From NCBI RefSeq assembly GCF_036321535.1, contig NC_087437.1:64482001-64546000 (forward strand): a DNA stretch of 64,000 nucleotides, read 5' to 3'. Position 1 is the stretch's first letter. Each line of letters begins with the position of its first letter. Both the position numbers and the translations under genes were made by a program. Positions 1-15,200 of this stretch are shown here, in pieces. Below the pieces are notes generated by a model. That model ran no database searches, was not told where the DNA came from, and saw only the letters and a list, made by a program, of their open reading frames with translations. This stretch comes from Camelus dromedarius (taxonomy: Eukaryota).

Positions 1-2220
1 AGAAATACTAAAGCCAGAGGAAAATGATCCCAGATGGAAGCATGGAAATACAAGAAGGACTGAAAAGCAGTGGGGTGAAAGGGTAAATATGTTGGTAAAT
101 GTAAATAAGTACTTACTGTATAAAAAAATTAAAATGTTTTATAGGGTTTCAAATATACACAGAATTAAAGTACATGTTAAAAGTAGTACAAAAGGAAGGA
201 GGGAAATAAATGGCATTAAAGTGTTCAAAGTTCATTGCATCGTCTGGTAAATGATAAATATACTAATTTGCATCAGAGTTTAATGAGTCAAAGATGCACA
301 CTGTAATCTCTCAGTAACCAATATAAGAACTGTAGTAGAAAGTATAATCAACAATCTAATAGGGGATGAAAATGTAATAATAAAAATACTCAATCCAGAA
401 GAGGGCAGGAAAAGAAGGAAAAAAGAACAAAGAATAGATGTGATAAATAGAAAACCAAGATTAATATGGTATATTTAAAGCCAAACATCAGTAAATATGT
501 AAATAGACTAAGTACCCCAATTAAAAGATAGTCAGACTGGATGACGAAAAACAAAACTCAAGTATATGCTGCTACCAAAGGGCACATCTTAAATTTACAG
601 TTATAGGAAGGTTAAAATAAAAAGGGTAGAAAAAATTTGGCATGCTAATAATAACCAAAAAATATTGCCAATAATAATTTTGGTATCATAATTTTGAAAC
701 ATTTTTATGTATACTGTAGTATAAAACAAGTAAATATATAATATTAGGAACCAAAATTTTATTGCACAGGAAAATACATATATAATCCAAGAAATTCAGG
801 GAAAAATCTACATTATTGAGTTTTAAATGAAAACATCCATATGAACTCATGCTTTCTTAGCTTTAGCCATGAAAGAGCCTGGAAGCAATAACACCTTAGC
901 AGTAAGCACACCTAGCGTGCAGATCTTGATTTCTCATTACCATTCCTCACTGAAAATAACTAGGGCTTCTTAGAAGAATGTCTGATTCCAAGCCTGAGAC
1001 AGAGAAAGTACAGGTGAGCTGAAAAGACCCTGTGCCAGAAAGTGGAGAAATGTACAGATTAATGGGGTCATCAAAAGGATGTGGCAGCCAACTTGAGAGG
1101 GTCCCTATTAGCTATCTGTAGGATGATTTGTGAATCTAAAAGAATAATCACTGTAATTAAATGTAACATACTGAATTTTTTAAAAAGCAAGAGGGAAGGA
1201 AAATTCTTCTTTATCAAAATGCCAGATAATCAGTATAGACGGAATGACAGAAATAGAAAATTACCGTCTTGCAACCTCAATGCAATGTAATAGTGGATTC
1301 AGGAAAGGATCGTCAATGGATGTCAATCAGTAAAAGTCTTTATATAATAAGACTTTCATATTTTATATAACATAGATAAGCAATCAGGATTTACTGTATA
1401 ACACAGAGAACAATAATCAGTATCTTATAATAACCTATAATGGAAAATAATCTGAATGTATATGTATGTATATATATGTATTAGATACGTATAGCTGAAT
1501 CACTTTGCTGTACACCTGAAATTAATACAATATTGTAAATTAACTATACATCAATAAAAATAAATAAATAAATAAGAAGCTTCTGATTTGATGCATCACC
1601 TACAAAATATTCTTCTAAAAAATATTTACCTGAATTTACACAAGCCTTTCAACCTAGCTCCAAGTTTATCAGAAATAAAGAGGACAGAGGAATAAATTAA
1701 GTGACACCATGAGGAATCAGACAACTCTAAAGTCTATAAGAAAACTGCTTGAGTTTTCAAAATCTCTAGGCAAGACAGAGCCAGAATGTGGCACATTCTA
1801 CAGCACAACTGGCTTAAAGTCTTCTAAAATTTCAATATCATGAAAAATAATGCTTAAAAGTGTAGGAGTACTGTTCTAGATCAGAACAGATGAAGGAGAG
1901 AAAAATGACTAGACGCAATGTGCGAGCTCAGATGGGGGGCAGGGCTTGGCAGGAAGTTATAAGAAAGCTATTTTGAGCAACTGGAGAAATTTGAATATTG
2001 ACTCTATGGGATATTATTGAATTAATGTTAATTTTCTTACATGGGATAATATTTGTTTTATTTAGGAAATGTCTTTATGCTTAGGAGATACATGCTAAAA
2101 TATTTAGGAGTGTCATATCTGCAACTTACTTTCAGTTGTTTCAGCAAAAACAGAGAAATTGAAGGGAAAAAAGCAAATGTTGCAAAACTGTTGAAGCTAG
2201 GTGGAAGTTCATGGATGTTA
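1..2220 (+). mobile_element. Mosaic of old L1 fragments, including a younger L1 3' end at about 1372-1575
   Basis: A-rich L1-like sequence. The 1372-1575 segment has the typical ...tcactttgctgtacacctgaaa...aataaaaa 3' terminus. Boundaries are approximate. Confidence 0.6.
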
Positions 2221-3146
2221 AAAACCTTAGTCATAAGATACGACAGTCATGGAGGATGACAGACCACCCATTTTTCCTGTTAGTGTTTTTGCACTACCAG
2301 ATACCTCACAGAGGGGCCTTGAGTACAACCTAGCTCTGCTTTTACTGGTGTCACAGACTGGGACTTCACATAAGATTTTATTTGAAAAAAGGGTTCCAGT
2401 GTAAAGAGTAGTGAAGTCATTTCTCTGGCCAAGGTCTGCCAACATACGGTAACTTTCAGGGCCCGCCGCAGACATTTCGGGTCAACTGGACAGTCCTGCT
2501 CTATCTGGACTTGGCATCTTATTACGATGTGCCAGTCAGCCACTACCAGAGGACTGCAATGAAATTTATCTCAGAACCAGACCATCAAAGAGCTACATAC
2601 TTGAATTACATTTTCTTGGTACCACCAGCTGTTTTGCTCAACTGGTTTACACTGAGGGAATCTAAGTATCTTATCTATCAGGCACGTTTATTTACTCTTC
2701 CAGGTTTATTGAGATGTAATTTACATACATACAGCATGTATGTAAGTTTAAGATGTACAGCATAGTGTCTTGACTTACATACATCATGAAACAATCTCCA
2801 AAAGTCCAGTGAACACCCATCATCTCATATAGACACAAAATTAAAGAAATGGAAAAAATCTTGGAATTGTTGTTTGCTTGCTTCACAAAGTAAATATATA
2901 TCTTTAGTATTCTAATATCATATTATAATCTAATATTATATTGTAATAACTGACTCAAGAATCTCAATTCTAATGTCTCAGTAATCACAGTGATATGAGT
3001 AGAAACCAGAACTTAAAATATAATTGCCATAAAATATTCTAATTCTGGATAAAAAATGTGATAGGAAGTGAATGAAAATGTATTTACCCAGGTCCGTGAT
3101 ACCCCTTTTCCATCATTTAGAAACTCCACGCCAGCAGAAGGCTCAC

Positions 3147-3280
3147 CTTCTCTATGATGAAGTTTGAGCAGGTCTCGTTAAACTTCCTGGCCACAGTTTT
3201 GTACTCTGGATGATGAGGCTGCAGCTCAACCACATGGACACCCTGCTGCTTCATATCAGTCCAGTTTGGGGGGAGCTCAA
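3147..3280 (-). CDS. PARP14: PARP14 exon 15 (start of ART catalytic domain), 134 nt
   Basis: ttgcag|TTGAGCTC...GAGAAG|gtgagc. Encodes [45 protein letters not shown]. Confidence 0.95.
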
Positions 3281-6200
3281 CTGCAAAGTAGACATTTGAA
3301 AACACCCTCACACCTGGGAAGACTCATCCACATTGTCTACATTCCTGGTATACTTTGAAAAACTGAATGTTATTTGTGCTCTTGTTTTACAATCTCCTAA
3401 TTCAAGGTGTTCAAGAAGCTCCTTATCTTTGGAGAAGAATGTCTTTCAAAATGTGGGCCACAGATAACCTGCATTAGAACCAACTATAATGCTTGTTTAA
3501 GGAAAAAAAAAAACAATAAAACAAAACAAACTTCAAAACCTGCATGTTAACAAGTTTTGATCGTGCTCGGATTTGAGAACTGTTGGTGTAATATAAGTTA
3601 GCTGCATATTCTGTGCAGTCTCTAAGCTGTCATAACTTAATAATTTAACAATAAATGATTTCTCTACAATGTTTTCAATAAATAATCACTACTATTTTGT
3701 TTACAAATGCATGGGTTTTTGCCAGAACTCACCACCACCACAAAGTCCACCACATCTCTTCTCTCATTAATCTTCACAGCATCCTTAAGAGTTGGGTGGG
3801 TGGGAGGTTTTGCTACGTGGCAGGCTGTGGTGGCAGCTGTCTTCCTTTCTGCTAAACAGAATACTATACTTGTCATTTCCCCAAGGTTGCTCAGAGTCTG
3901 AGGAATTTGTTCACAGGGATCTCTCAAGAGATGAAGACAATGTTCTGGAAGCCAATTCACTAGTTTTCAGTGGGGGATCTATATGGTCTAAAGGCAGAAA
4001 TGGCTGTCTATAGGAGACAAGCATTCCCTTCTCTGGAATTTTGAAGGCTGCTTCCTGATGTGTGTGTCAAGGAACTTTAGCCTCAGGGCGGAAGAGGAGT
4101 GACTTCTGGGAGAAGATCCTATAGTCTCCCCATCACTCTGGGTTGTCAGTCACAGGCACAGAGGAGCACTCTCTGACTAGGCTGTCTTCAGCCTTTTGTT
4201 CTAGAAAACCTGGGCTACTTTTCTTTACAGGACTTTCCTGACTAAAGCAGCCATTACTTTGCCACCAAAACTGGCTCTGGGAAGCTGGTAAACTGTAGTG
4301 ATGGGAACAAATGCAGCGTTTGACTATTGCTACCATTAAGATAATCACCATCAGCTGTTGGGGGCAGCCATGCTGGATTTTCTCGGCCAAAATGTCAGCT
4401 CCTTAAGCTCAGAGACCAAGTTTTCTATTTTCTTCTGTAAGGGTTACTTGAATTTTATATACCTGAACAACATTTTGATGTATGTACAACACACAACACA
4501 GGCGTAAAGTAATGGACAACAAGCACCAAAATTTGATTCACCTTCAGATTTTCTTTGGCGCCGAACAGGTAAACTGTTTCCCTTTGCGTCTGTAGCAGTG
4601 TATGTGTTCAAGTCCACTGTGTAGCTCTGGTGATTAATTTTGACACCAATTGTCTTTCTCTTTTCTTTCTTGGCATCCTCCAATTGCATATTTGTTATTT
4701 TGTCAAAACTATGAAAAATGTTATTGTTCTCATATTGCCATTCTACAAAATCTCTGGTACGATCTGCCAGGGATTCCTGTTCTTTGGATGCTCGAACTCT
4801 CTTGATCATGTCCTCAATTACATTTCTAGCCTGCATCACATCCACGGTAATTCCAGAAACCTCAATCAAAGGTTTGTCATGGTCCAACTTAATGGTGATG
4901 TTTAACTTCCTCTGAAGCTCATTCAATTCCCTATATTCCTTTTCATCAAAATTTTTGACACATTCATCTTCGCTGGTGTAAGGACACTGTTCCTTTTGAA
5001 TGAGTTCCTGTATCCAGGAGATGGCATTTTCTACACATTTTCCATTTTCACCACACACCTCAAAAACTGCTATTTCTGTTTTCTTTTCCAAAACCAAAGG
5101 ATTCCGTTTTTTGGGAGATTTACCTGAGAAGCCCAAAAACGCTAAAAAATACAAGAAAAGATTAGCTCTCCCTCCCTCCCTTCCTCCCCACTCCTTCCTT
5201 CCCTCCCTCCTCTCCTTCCTTCACTCCTTCCTTCCTTTCTTGTCACCATGCTGTACATTACATCCCTAGCACTTACTTATCTTACAATTGGATGTTTTTA
5301 CCCTTTGACCACCTTCACCCATTTCATCCATCTCCCACCCCCTTCCACCCACCAACTCCATCCTACCTCTAGGAATCACCAATCTGCCCTCTGCATCTAT
5401 GAGTTCAGCTTTTTTCTTAAGATCCCATGCATAAGTACTATCATACAGTATTTGTCTTTTTCTGTCTTATTTCACTTAGCATAATGCCCTCAAGGTCCAT
5501 CCATGTTGTTGAAAATCTCAGGATTTCCTTATTTTTTATGGCTGGGTAATATTTCACTTTATGTATATGTGTATATATACAAATCTTTTTTTTTTTTTTT
5601 TTTTTGGGTGGGGGGAGGTATTTAGGTTTATTCATTGATTTATTTTTAGAGGAGGTACTGGGGATTGAACCCAGGACCTCATGCATGCTAAACATGCACT
5701 CTACCACTTGAGCTATAGCCTACCCCCTCAAATCTTCTTTATAGTTGATTTTTCAATGTTTCCATACTGTGACTATTGTAAATAATGCTGTAGTGAACAT
5801 GGATTCAAGAGAGTGATTTCATTTCCTTCAAATATATACCCAGAAGTGGGACTGCTGGATCATATAGTAGCTCTATTTTTAGTTTTTTGAGGAACCTCCA
5901 CACTGTTTTTCACAGTGGCTGCACCAATATATATTCCCACCAACAGTGCATGGAAGTTGACTTTTCTTCACATCCTCACCAACACTTGTTATTTCTTGTC
6001 TTTTTGATAATAGCTGTTCTATCATGTGAGGTGATCATTCATTATGGTTTTGATTTGCATTTCCCTGATGCTTAATGATGTTGAGCACATTTTCATGTAC
6101 CTATTGACCAATTGTGTATAATTTTTGGAAAAATTTCTATTCAGATCCTTTGCCCATTTTAAAATCAGATTGTTTGGTTTTTATTCTGTTGATTTGTATG

Positions 6201-9200
6201 AGTCCTTTATATATTTTGGATTTTAACTCCTTATCAGATATACAATTTGCAAATATTTTTTCCCATTGCCTTTTCATTTTGTTGATGATTTCCTTTGCTA
6301 TGCAGAAGCTTTTTAGTCTGGAGTCCCATGTATTTATTTTTGCTTTTGCAAAACTGGAAAAAAGCTAATAACTACCCCAAAAAAAGGATGTAGAAAAAAG
6401 AATAACTATTTCTCACATGACATCAATATTAGGAAAGGGCATTTCATAAAAATGTACAACTCACATGCAATTTTAGACATCATAGACTGTTGGGGAGAAG
6501 GCTGAAGTCCTCTTTTTTTCATGTTGGCATAAAACACATCCAGTACTTGAGGCAGAAAGATAACAACCTTAACTTTTTTTATGGACCGGACCAATCCTTT
6601 CTGGGTGAAGTCTTCGATGGCATCAATTATGGCTGTAGCAACATTATCTGGGTTTTGTTTGGCACTTCCTAGAAAGGCAAATAATAAAAATGACTGGGAA
6701 AAAATCCAACTGGATTTAAAAAAAGAAAAGAAGACTCAACTGGAAAAGCCTGAAGAATAAATTAGGGATTCCCACTCAGAATAAATTCCCACTCCCCAAC
6801 TCCTTCATCACCATTGACTTTTCTAACAACGCATGGGCAAACTCTGCTGAAGTCCTAGATGCAGTGGGAGTTTTGGTTCCAGGATGTCAGGAAGCCAACA
6901 TCCCCAAAATGAACAAAGGACCCAGAAACATAACTTAGTGTCTGGTTTTCATATCTGCTTCATTCAGCAGATCCCAGCTCACAATGTTCTTCTGTGTTAC
7001 AGAGCACACTTAACATTTTTTGGCTCATGAGCATCTTCAAAAGATCCATAAAAAGCAAAAGATACTAATGTATGTTGAAATATCATGCTCCTTAAAGAGA
7101 ACAACAATTATTTTTTTGTTCAGTCATTCCTTGAGTTTACGCATAGATCCTTACTCTCGCAGGTGTCTTTGATTTAAACTGAGCTGATTTTGTAGGACAC
7201 CTGGAGCTATAAGCCACTTGCTATAATCTGTAATTCTTTGCATACAAGTTATCCATGAGCCTCCAAGAAGTTTTTCCTCCCACAGTCAGTGCGATTTTAG
7301 CTGACTTTGTAGGATTCAAGGTTGCCACCTGAACAGGTCTTTTCCTCTTTCAAACGTGCTCCGTATGTTGTTTCTCCAGCCTTCTGCCTAAGTAAAAGCT
7401 CCTTGAAAAGGCTCGTGAAAAGCCATGGAAGCTGCTGTCACATGTTCGGGGGAGGAGCAATGTAAAAGTCCCCTGGCCAATTGGTGTGACAGACAAGGAG
7501 CCCACCTGGATGATCCCTGTTGATGGTGCTCACTGTTACTGCAGAAATGAGAGCAGACTTCTTTGACTTGGCTATGTAGACAACTATAGGAATGTAGACA
7601 AGCCCTGTATAAAACTAACCCAGAGGGTTTGTTCAGTTGTTGTTTTTTTTTTTTTATTAGATGATCAAGGGAAGAGAGAAATTCTCCATCACAAAGCTAT
7701 AGTTATTCCATGATATTTGGAATATTTGTAAGAATTTAAATGGGAGTGCTCAGATACATTCATTCACTGTCAGTAAGCTAGGCACTCAGGACACAGGATG
7801 TGCGAAGTGGGGATGAACAGGTGCTCAACAGGTGAAGTATGGAAAGCTGAGGGAAAGCCCATGCCAGGTGGGACTGTGAAACGGGTGTGATATGTTGAAC
7901 CTGGTATGTTCAGGAGAATAGATCTGTTTTTGAAAACGGTAAACTCAGGGATAGAGGTTGAGCATAGGAGGCTCTGGAGCAGGGAGCACAGGTCTAAACA
8001 GGTGTAGGCAAAAGACAAGAGCTGAAAAAAGAGAGGAGGCTAGAAAAAGAGTCGAGTGTAGGAACTGAGGAGATGCATAGTAAGTAAAGTCAGCAGAACC
8101 AAGTGACCACCTGGCTTTGTACTTGCCCCTTTGTCCTACGACCTTCATGTGTATTTCATGAGTCACACTGCACGGCAGCTGTTTGTTGATGTGTCTGTGG
8201 GTCACAGTAGGCCGGGCACCCCTTGTGGACTGGACCCTTTTCTTAGTCATCTTTCTGTCCCTGGTACCCCAGCTCAGTGCCTGGCACATGGTAGGCACTC
8301 ACTAAATATTCACTCAAACAAATTAAGAAGCTAATGCACACAGAAGTGATAAAGAGGATAGAGTCAAGGATCTTAGACAGAAAGTGACGCTTTTAACAGG
8401 CTCAGGATGTAAGAGGAAGGGCAGGTTTCGGGGAGAAGACAGTGCACAGAGTTTGGAGTTTGCTTTGAGCTTGAGATGCCTGCAGGAACCACGACTGCCC
8501 ACTCCCTCCCCTCGAGTGAGGAGAGAGTCTGTGAGGAATGAGGAGAGGGCTTCCTTTACTGCCAGAAACTGTCTCGATCACAGTCCCAATTCAACTCATA
8601 AACACCACTGAGGGAGGAAGCTCCCCTATTCATCTAAAGTGGTGGTGGAGATAGGTAAAGAAGACAAGCAAGGAGAATTTGCTAACCTTGATTTATTTGT
8701 GCAGACCAGCAATGCAGCCAGGTCCATGGAAGAAACAACAGGTCTGCAGTAACCAGAAATATTTATACAAAACTAAAATTTTCCTTATTTCCTCTGTGAC
8801 TCCACCCAGGGACTTCCTTGAAAAGATCTGTGCCACCCTTGGCTGCCTGATTTCTTGGCACAAACAAAGTTAAGGTGGAAACACAAGACCGGAGCTCAGA
8901 GGGAAAAACAGATGGAGATGGAGACTGGGGAGTCATTAGTGGGTGTCCATAAAAAATGATAGGGAGATAGGTAGACAGACAGACAGACAGATAATACGTT
9001 AGGACTGGAAGATACATGAGGGAATGAAAGCATAAAGGGAGTGTAAGTTTCACTCTTTAGAAATAGAGAACTAATAAAGCAGACATAACAGTCCATGTGG
9101 GAACATTAAGAGGAATGAAAAATAAGAGAAATCAAACTATGAGATAGAGGATTAGAAGACGGCCCAGAAAGTGACAAGGATGGTTAGGTCTATTGAAGCT

Positions 9201-12200
9201 ACACTTCTGGAGAGCCTAGAATGCCAGCGTGAGACACTCAAACTTAGATTCCTGAGCAATGGGATAATCAATCCAGTGCTGAGCGTGCTCTCTTTGGGAC
9301 CAATCAGCTCTATTCCACTTCAAGCCTGAGACTGTCTGCCTCCCCTGAGCAGCTCCCTTAAAATCGACCAAGCTGGAATTCCTGATCAGTGCACACAACT
9401 CAGATTCCTGGGAAAGAGCTCAAAGAGCACCACCTTACAAATGATAAACGCAAAGCACCATCCTTATAAAGGAAGACTCATACAATCATTACGTAATTTG
9501 AAGAAAACAAGAAGTTCCAAAGAGGCAGGCAGGCTGAAACGAGGAAGGTGGAGGGTTGAGTTTCTGACCCATAAAAAGGTTCTGATGACTGAGAGGCCCA
9601 GATGCCCTGCGGCCAGCCTACTACTGTTGAAGAGGTGAGGGAAGAGGAGTGGCCATGCTGACTAGGAGTCGGCCACAAGGAGGCTGAGGTCCATGCTCTG
9701 ATGTTTCCATGGAGGGGGCTGGAGCGGGAGGTTAAAGACTAAATAATGAGGGATATGCAGGGGATCGAAAAAAAGAGAAGGAGCTGATGAAAGCGATGAG
9801 AGGTGGGCTTTCTTTCTCTCCCCCTTCCTTCCTCTCCCTTCCTGTCCATATGAGAAAGCAGATTTTTAATATCCCAACACTCCAGTTTTTTTCATTCTTT
9901 CCTCTTTTGCTTTGCCCCCAGGCTTTGCTACTTCCCTCAGGGGCTGCCCTGGGGTGAGGAAGTGCCCTGACACAGACTCAGCAGTAATGACATTAACCAC
10001 GTTAACCATCAGCACCAAATCCGGGGGGAGTGGCCACCTTGGGATTTAGCCTCTACGGCTAGAGGCTACAAACCTGTCCCAATGGCTGGGAGGCAAATGG
10101 ATGAGTAATTCCGGTTTTCACACTCTTGCAAAACACAGGAAACCGAGTTCTTGACATCATTTCCACCAATGACATGAATAATATTCTTGCACTTCAATAA
10201 TCCTCCTTGGGTAATTATATAATTACTGTGTCCCTGTTGAGCTGGGAAACACAAGACAAAAGATGCAAAAGTAGGTGCTGAACCCACTCTTTGAAAATAT
10301 CTGAATTGGCAAATAAAACATTTTATGTGGATCAGAGACTCCTGGAATACTACCTTTAATGAATCTTTCTTGCTTCTCTTTTAACTCAGAGATTAGTTTT
10401 CATTTCTAATTCTCTACAGCTGGAACTCCTTAGTAAAAGGTATGGTTTTAAGATCACTATATTGTCTCCCCAATCTCAAGACCTTCCCCATCCTCCACAG
10501 CCTCCCGTATTCAGTCTGCCACTTAAAATTCAGATCCAATAAAATAGCGTTGTGCCTTACCTTGGTGAGTACATTCCATTTCCACAGTTTTCCCAGCACG
10601 TTCTAAAATTGCTTTGGAGACCCCTACATGAGAAAGTCAAGATTGCAATGCACATGAATAAAAAAGCCATTACAGGACCTTTGGATCACAGTGATATCCT
10701 CTATCTATACACTTTCCCCATCATCAGAGGAATCCTATAACTTGGGTATTCCCGATAACAATTAAGAAAAAAAAACCGATGAAAGAGCTGTTACCAATTA
10801 TGAGAAACAGTGTCAAAATAACTTTTAAATTACTAATTAATAGTAAGAAGCCAAAGTTGTAGAAACCAGTTTGGCTGTAGGAAATCTCCTTTACAGGTCT
10901 ACTGTGACTATTACACTAGTCAAAATTCTACAAGTCAAGTACCTGTTTTGAGATTAAATGTCTTGGATGTTGAATTAACGATCACATCTGCCTTTTCTGT
11001 GGTAATGTCTCCAGAGGCTACCTGGAAAATGATGGGCCCAATCTTCGTTTCATACACTCCTAAATCAGGGCTAGAAACAGTCCCATGGGAACCTGACAAG
11101 GAAAAAAAAAAAAAACAAGGCAAGAGGGGTCAGTAACAGGTCAGCAACAACAAGAATTAACTAGATCTCATGGTCCTCACCTCTGCCCCTCTCATCCTTC
11201 CCCCTCACTCTCTCTGTGACTTGTGGCATTTAACCTGGCCCTGGCCCTGAGCCCCTGTGATGGTCTGTTTCTGGAAAAGGATTATAAAATGTAATACATA
11301 TCAAATGAGGACCTCTGCTGCTGGCCAAGGTGGTCAGCCCACTCGAGCATTTCTCTGCCACTGGTAATAACTAAAAACGTGGGACAGATACAAAAAGCCC
11401 CTCCCTGAGAAATGAGAAGTTCACCACAGCAGGCAGATTGAAGGGAGGGGTTCAAAACTTGAAGCAGCAGCCTGTACAGAGGAGAGTTTCCTGTTTTGTT
11501 GTGTTTTGAAAATTTCCCTCATTTTCTCTTCCAGCTTTGACCCAAGCGTGGCCCTTGTCGCAGACCAACCTAGTGAAACAGGCAGCAAAACTCTCAGAGC
11601 ACCCCTGTCTTTGTGGCCAGAGGGTTGAGAAAATGGGTCCCTGGGAGCTGAAGCATATGGCAAAGAGGCCTCATCTTTTCTTTTTCCATGTTTTTCCTTC
11701 TTTAATCCAGGCCCTGTCCCAAGGTGCCCTGGTTGCAGAACTCAACAGTGACACCGCTGGGAGCTAAACCCTAAGAGACATTCTGTCTTTCTGTCTAGAA
11801 GTATCAGTCTGAAAAGCGTCTATGTGGTGTATGGGACATCCCTGGTTTTTTGTTTATTTGCTCTGCCCCCGCCTCACCCCCCTACCCCTGCCCTTTCTTT
11901 TCTCTCTGCTTTGCCCAAGGGCAACCCTGATCACACAAAACCATGAGGCAACAGAACAACCAGGCAGATTCAGCTCTGAGAAAACCTTGTCTTTCTGGCC
12001 AGAGGACCTGGAAAATGGGCTCCTGTGAGTCAGAGAGTGTAATGGGAATGCTAGAGAGGTGAGCTGGAGAAGGTGACCCCCTGTTCTGTGTGTGAACTGG
12101 TGTCAACCCTGAGCGCACCCCAGAGCTGGGCACATGGGGCAGACCCAAGCAGCACAGGAACGTCCTTGAGAATGGAATTGACTTTGGAACCTCTGCCCAC

Positions 12201-15200
12201 ACAGGTGAGGCGGAACTTTTAGAATGAAGTTAACTGATTGGCTGCCTGCTCAAACAAGCAAACAAAACAATCACCATTTTCTAGAGGATTCTACCAGCAC
12301 CCAAGTCTCACAACATAATGTTTAAAATGCTCATTCTAGAACTGAAAATCGCTTATCATACAAAGAACCAGGAAAACGTGGCCAGTTCTCAAGGATAAAG
12401 ACACTCGGTGCAGACGCTAATCTCAAGATGATTCAGATGCTGGAATGGTCAGACAAAGACTTTAAAGCATCTACTATAACTATGCTCCCTGAGGTCAGAA
12501 TAAACATATTTGAGTGCATGGAAATGATTTGGAATTAATGGAAAAATAGGAGGCTCTGTAGAGAAATATAAACTATAAGAATCAAGTGGATATTTTAGAA
12601 CTTTAAAATACAATGTCTAAAATTTAAAACTCACAGGATAGGCTCAATAGTGTAGTAGACAGAAAAAAAAGTCAGCTAATTTGGAGGTAGATCAATAAAT
12701 ATTATCCAATTTGAAAAACAGAGAGAAAAAAGATTGACAGAAAAAAAAAAAAGAACAGATCATCAAGGACCTATGGGACATTATCAAAAGGCTTACCATC
12801 CATGTTACTGGAGCACCAGAAGGTGAGGAGAGAGAGACCAGTGCAGAAAAATATATTTGAGAAATGACTGAAAAATCCCCAAATTGGACGGAAGACATGC
12901 ATATTCAGATTCAAGAAGCCTCAGCAAACTTCAAACAGGATAAACTCAAATATACAACAGTAACTTTGACAGAGGAGAAGCTCTTGGTTGGTATTATCTC
13001 TTTAAGTATGTCTATTTCTGAAAACACATATCACATCATCCTTAGAAAATAGTAGCCTCGTCTCTGTTTAAGAGCCCATTGTGCAGATTATATAGCCTGG
13101 CCTGCCTACTCTTTCCCTCCAGATCACACAAACATGGCCAGGGCCTTGCATGCCCAGGTATATGGAATATAATTTAATATCTTCTTTGTCACAAATTGAT
13201 TTTTTCATAAAAATCATCCTATCATTTTTCACTTATCACTGAATAGTTATTTAGCAACAAGAAATAATGTCTCAATTTTTAAGTTTTACTGAACCTTGTG
13301 TGTCTTCAGCCATGGGAATTTTGTCACTGACGAAATTTCCATTAGCCCTTCTGGCAAATTCATCTGAAAATGCCTGTAAATACAAAGACAGTTTTGACCA
13401 CTACAGTCCTCAGTAGATGAATGAATTTGAGTCATCAAGACTTTTGATCCTGCATGCACAAATGTTTAGGAGGGAACAATTCTCAAAGTATTATTTATTT
13501 TTATTATAGATTTATAAGTTATGAGAAAATACATAAATTCCATTTTGATAAATATATACTATGAAAATTATAAAGACGTGAACAAAGGTATAAATACTAA
13601 GATATTCTTTATAATACTATTTATAATCAAGAAAAAAATTAAACAGTTTAAAAATCCAATGGGAAAATGGTTAAATAAATTTTAGTAGGTCCATATGTAT
13701 TTAGTATTTAGCAGCCATTAAAAATCACGTTTTCAGGGGGAGGGTGTAGCTCAGTCACAGAGTGCATGCTCAGCACGCATGATGTCCTGGGTTCAATTCC
13801 CAGTACCTCCATTATAAAAATAAATAAACAAATAAAAATCTTTATTTTTAAATCACATTTTCAAAGAATAGTTAATGGCATAGAGAAATGCTTATTTTAT
13901 ACTATTAAATGAAAAAAGAATGATACTAAATTACATTATATAATCCCACTTTTAGAAGTCCATATACATAAAAGACCGGGATGATACACAACTAGAAGAA
14001 TTTAAGTATTTTTATATTATTCAAAGTTTCTACAATGACATTGCATTACTTTCATAATCAGTAAAAGAAAAAAGCCTGCAGTTGTTAAAAATACAGTGTT
14101 AAGAGAAAGACAATCACAAGGACCCAAACACTTCAGATTTTAATTTCTTATTTGTAGGCTAGGGGAGTAGTGTTTTTGGAGCAATAGGCTGGAATTCCAT
14201 TTCTTTGCCTGGTAGTGACACCCCCAAATCATCATTTTCTTCCTCCGTTTGAAAAAGCAACAGGGAATTTTGTTGGTGGTGGTGGGGCGGGGAACAAGTA
14301 ACATCTTGGCTAAAAGGCTGATACAATAATGACAGAGGAACTGAGAGAATATAGACACAAGGTCTCAGGCTTGAAGACCTCCAGTGACCAGGCAGGCAAC
14401 CTACAGGTGTAAAGGTGGACTGGTTCAACGCTGGAGAACTAGAGAGCCATTCAGCCACAGCAAACTGTTCAGGTAGAGATCCATGTCCAGTGTGCCAGAC
14501 TTTTGAATTTTTAGGTCACAGTGGACATCTGGAGTTTTATGTGACATGTTTGGTTCTTAAGTGTCAGCAACTGATTCAGTGTTTTTTAAAAAAAAAAACA
14601 AATAAAGCACACCTAGAGGCTACATTCAGACCACGGGCTGCTGTTTTGTGACATCTGTTACATCTGTCCACCCCTAAATATCTCAGTAAGATTTATTGAT
14701 TTTTTGTGGAACTATAACCAAAGCTCAATTGTCTTTAAAAGTCTTAAAAGAAGTAGTGTCACAGTAATGTATGGAGAATCAATACTATTTCCAATGGCAA
14801 TACAGGTGTCTGAATAGACAAATCCTTTTACAGAATACTTGCAGAATACTCTGAGTCTTTAGGAAAGAAAACAAAGGCTGAGGCTGCATAGAAATAGTGA
14901 GATCTGAAGGTTCAGATTTGTGTCACAGGACTCACTTCCCTGTTTACTCAGCCATTCATTCAAAAACTCTCAGCACTTCACATCTCTGATTTAGTTCATT
15001 GTATGAGTATAAATCTTAGCTCCCAAAGGAGTTATGATTTATGGGAGGGAGAGTATTTCTACATGCCCGTTCTGTGATCCACATCACCTTGTACAATGCA
15101 AGTCAAAGGGAGGTTGTTCAAAAAGCATTTATTGACTAGAAATGACTTTGGTTATACAGGCCAACTAAATGGACCACATATTTTTCCTGGGTGGTTTAGT

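Noticed and set aside
1..3146. Apparent absence of the last PARP14 catalytic exons
   Set aside because: The intron after exon 15 is recalled to be several kb long, so the window simply ends inside it. This is not evidence of truncation.
13736..13810. tRNA-like sequences here and at about 5.7 kb and 59.9 kb
   Set aside because: A-rich tails, flanking repeats and degenerate stems identify them as SINEs, not tRNA genes.
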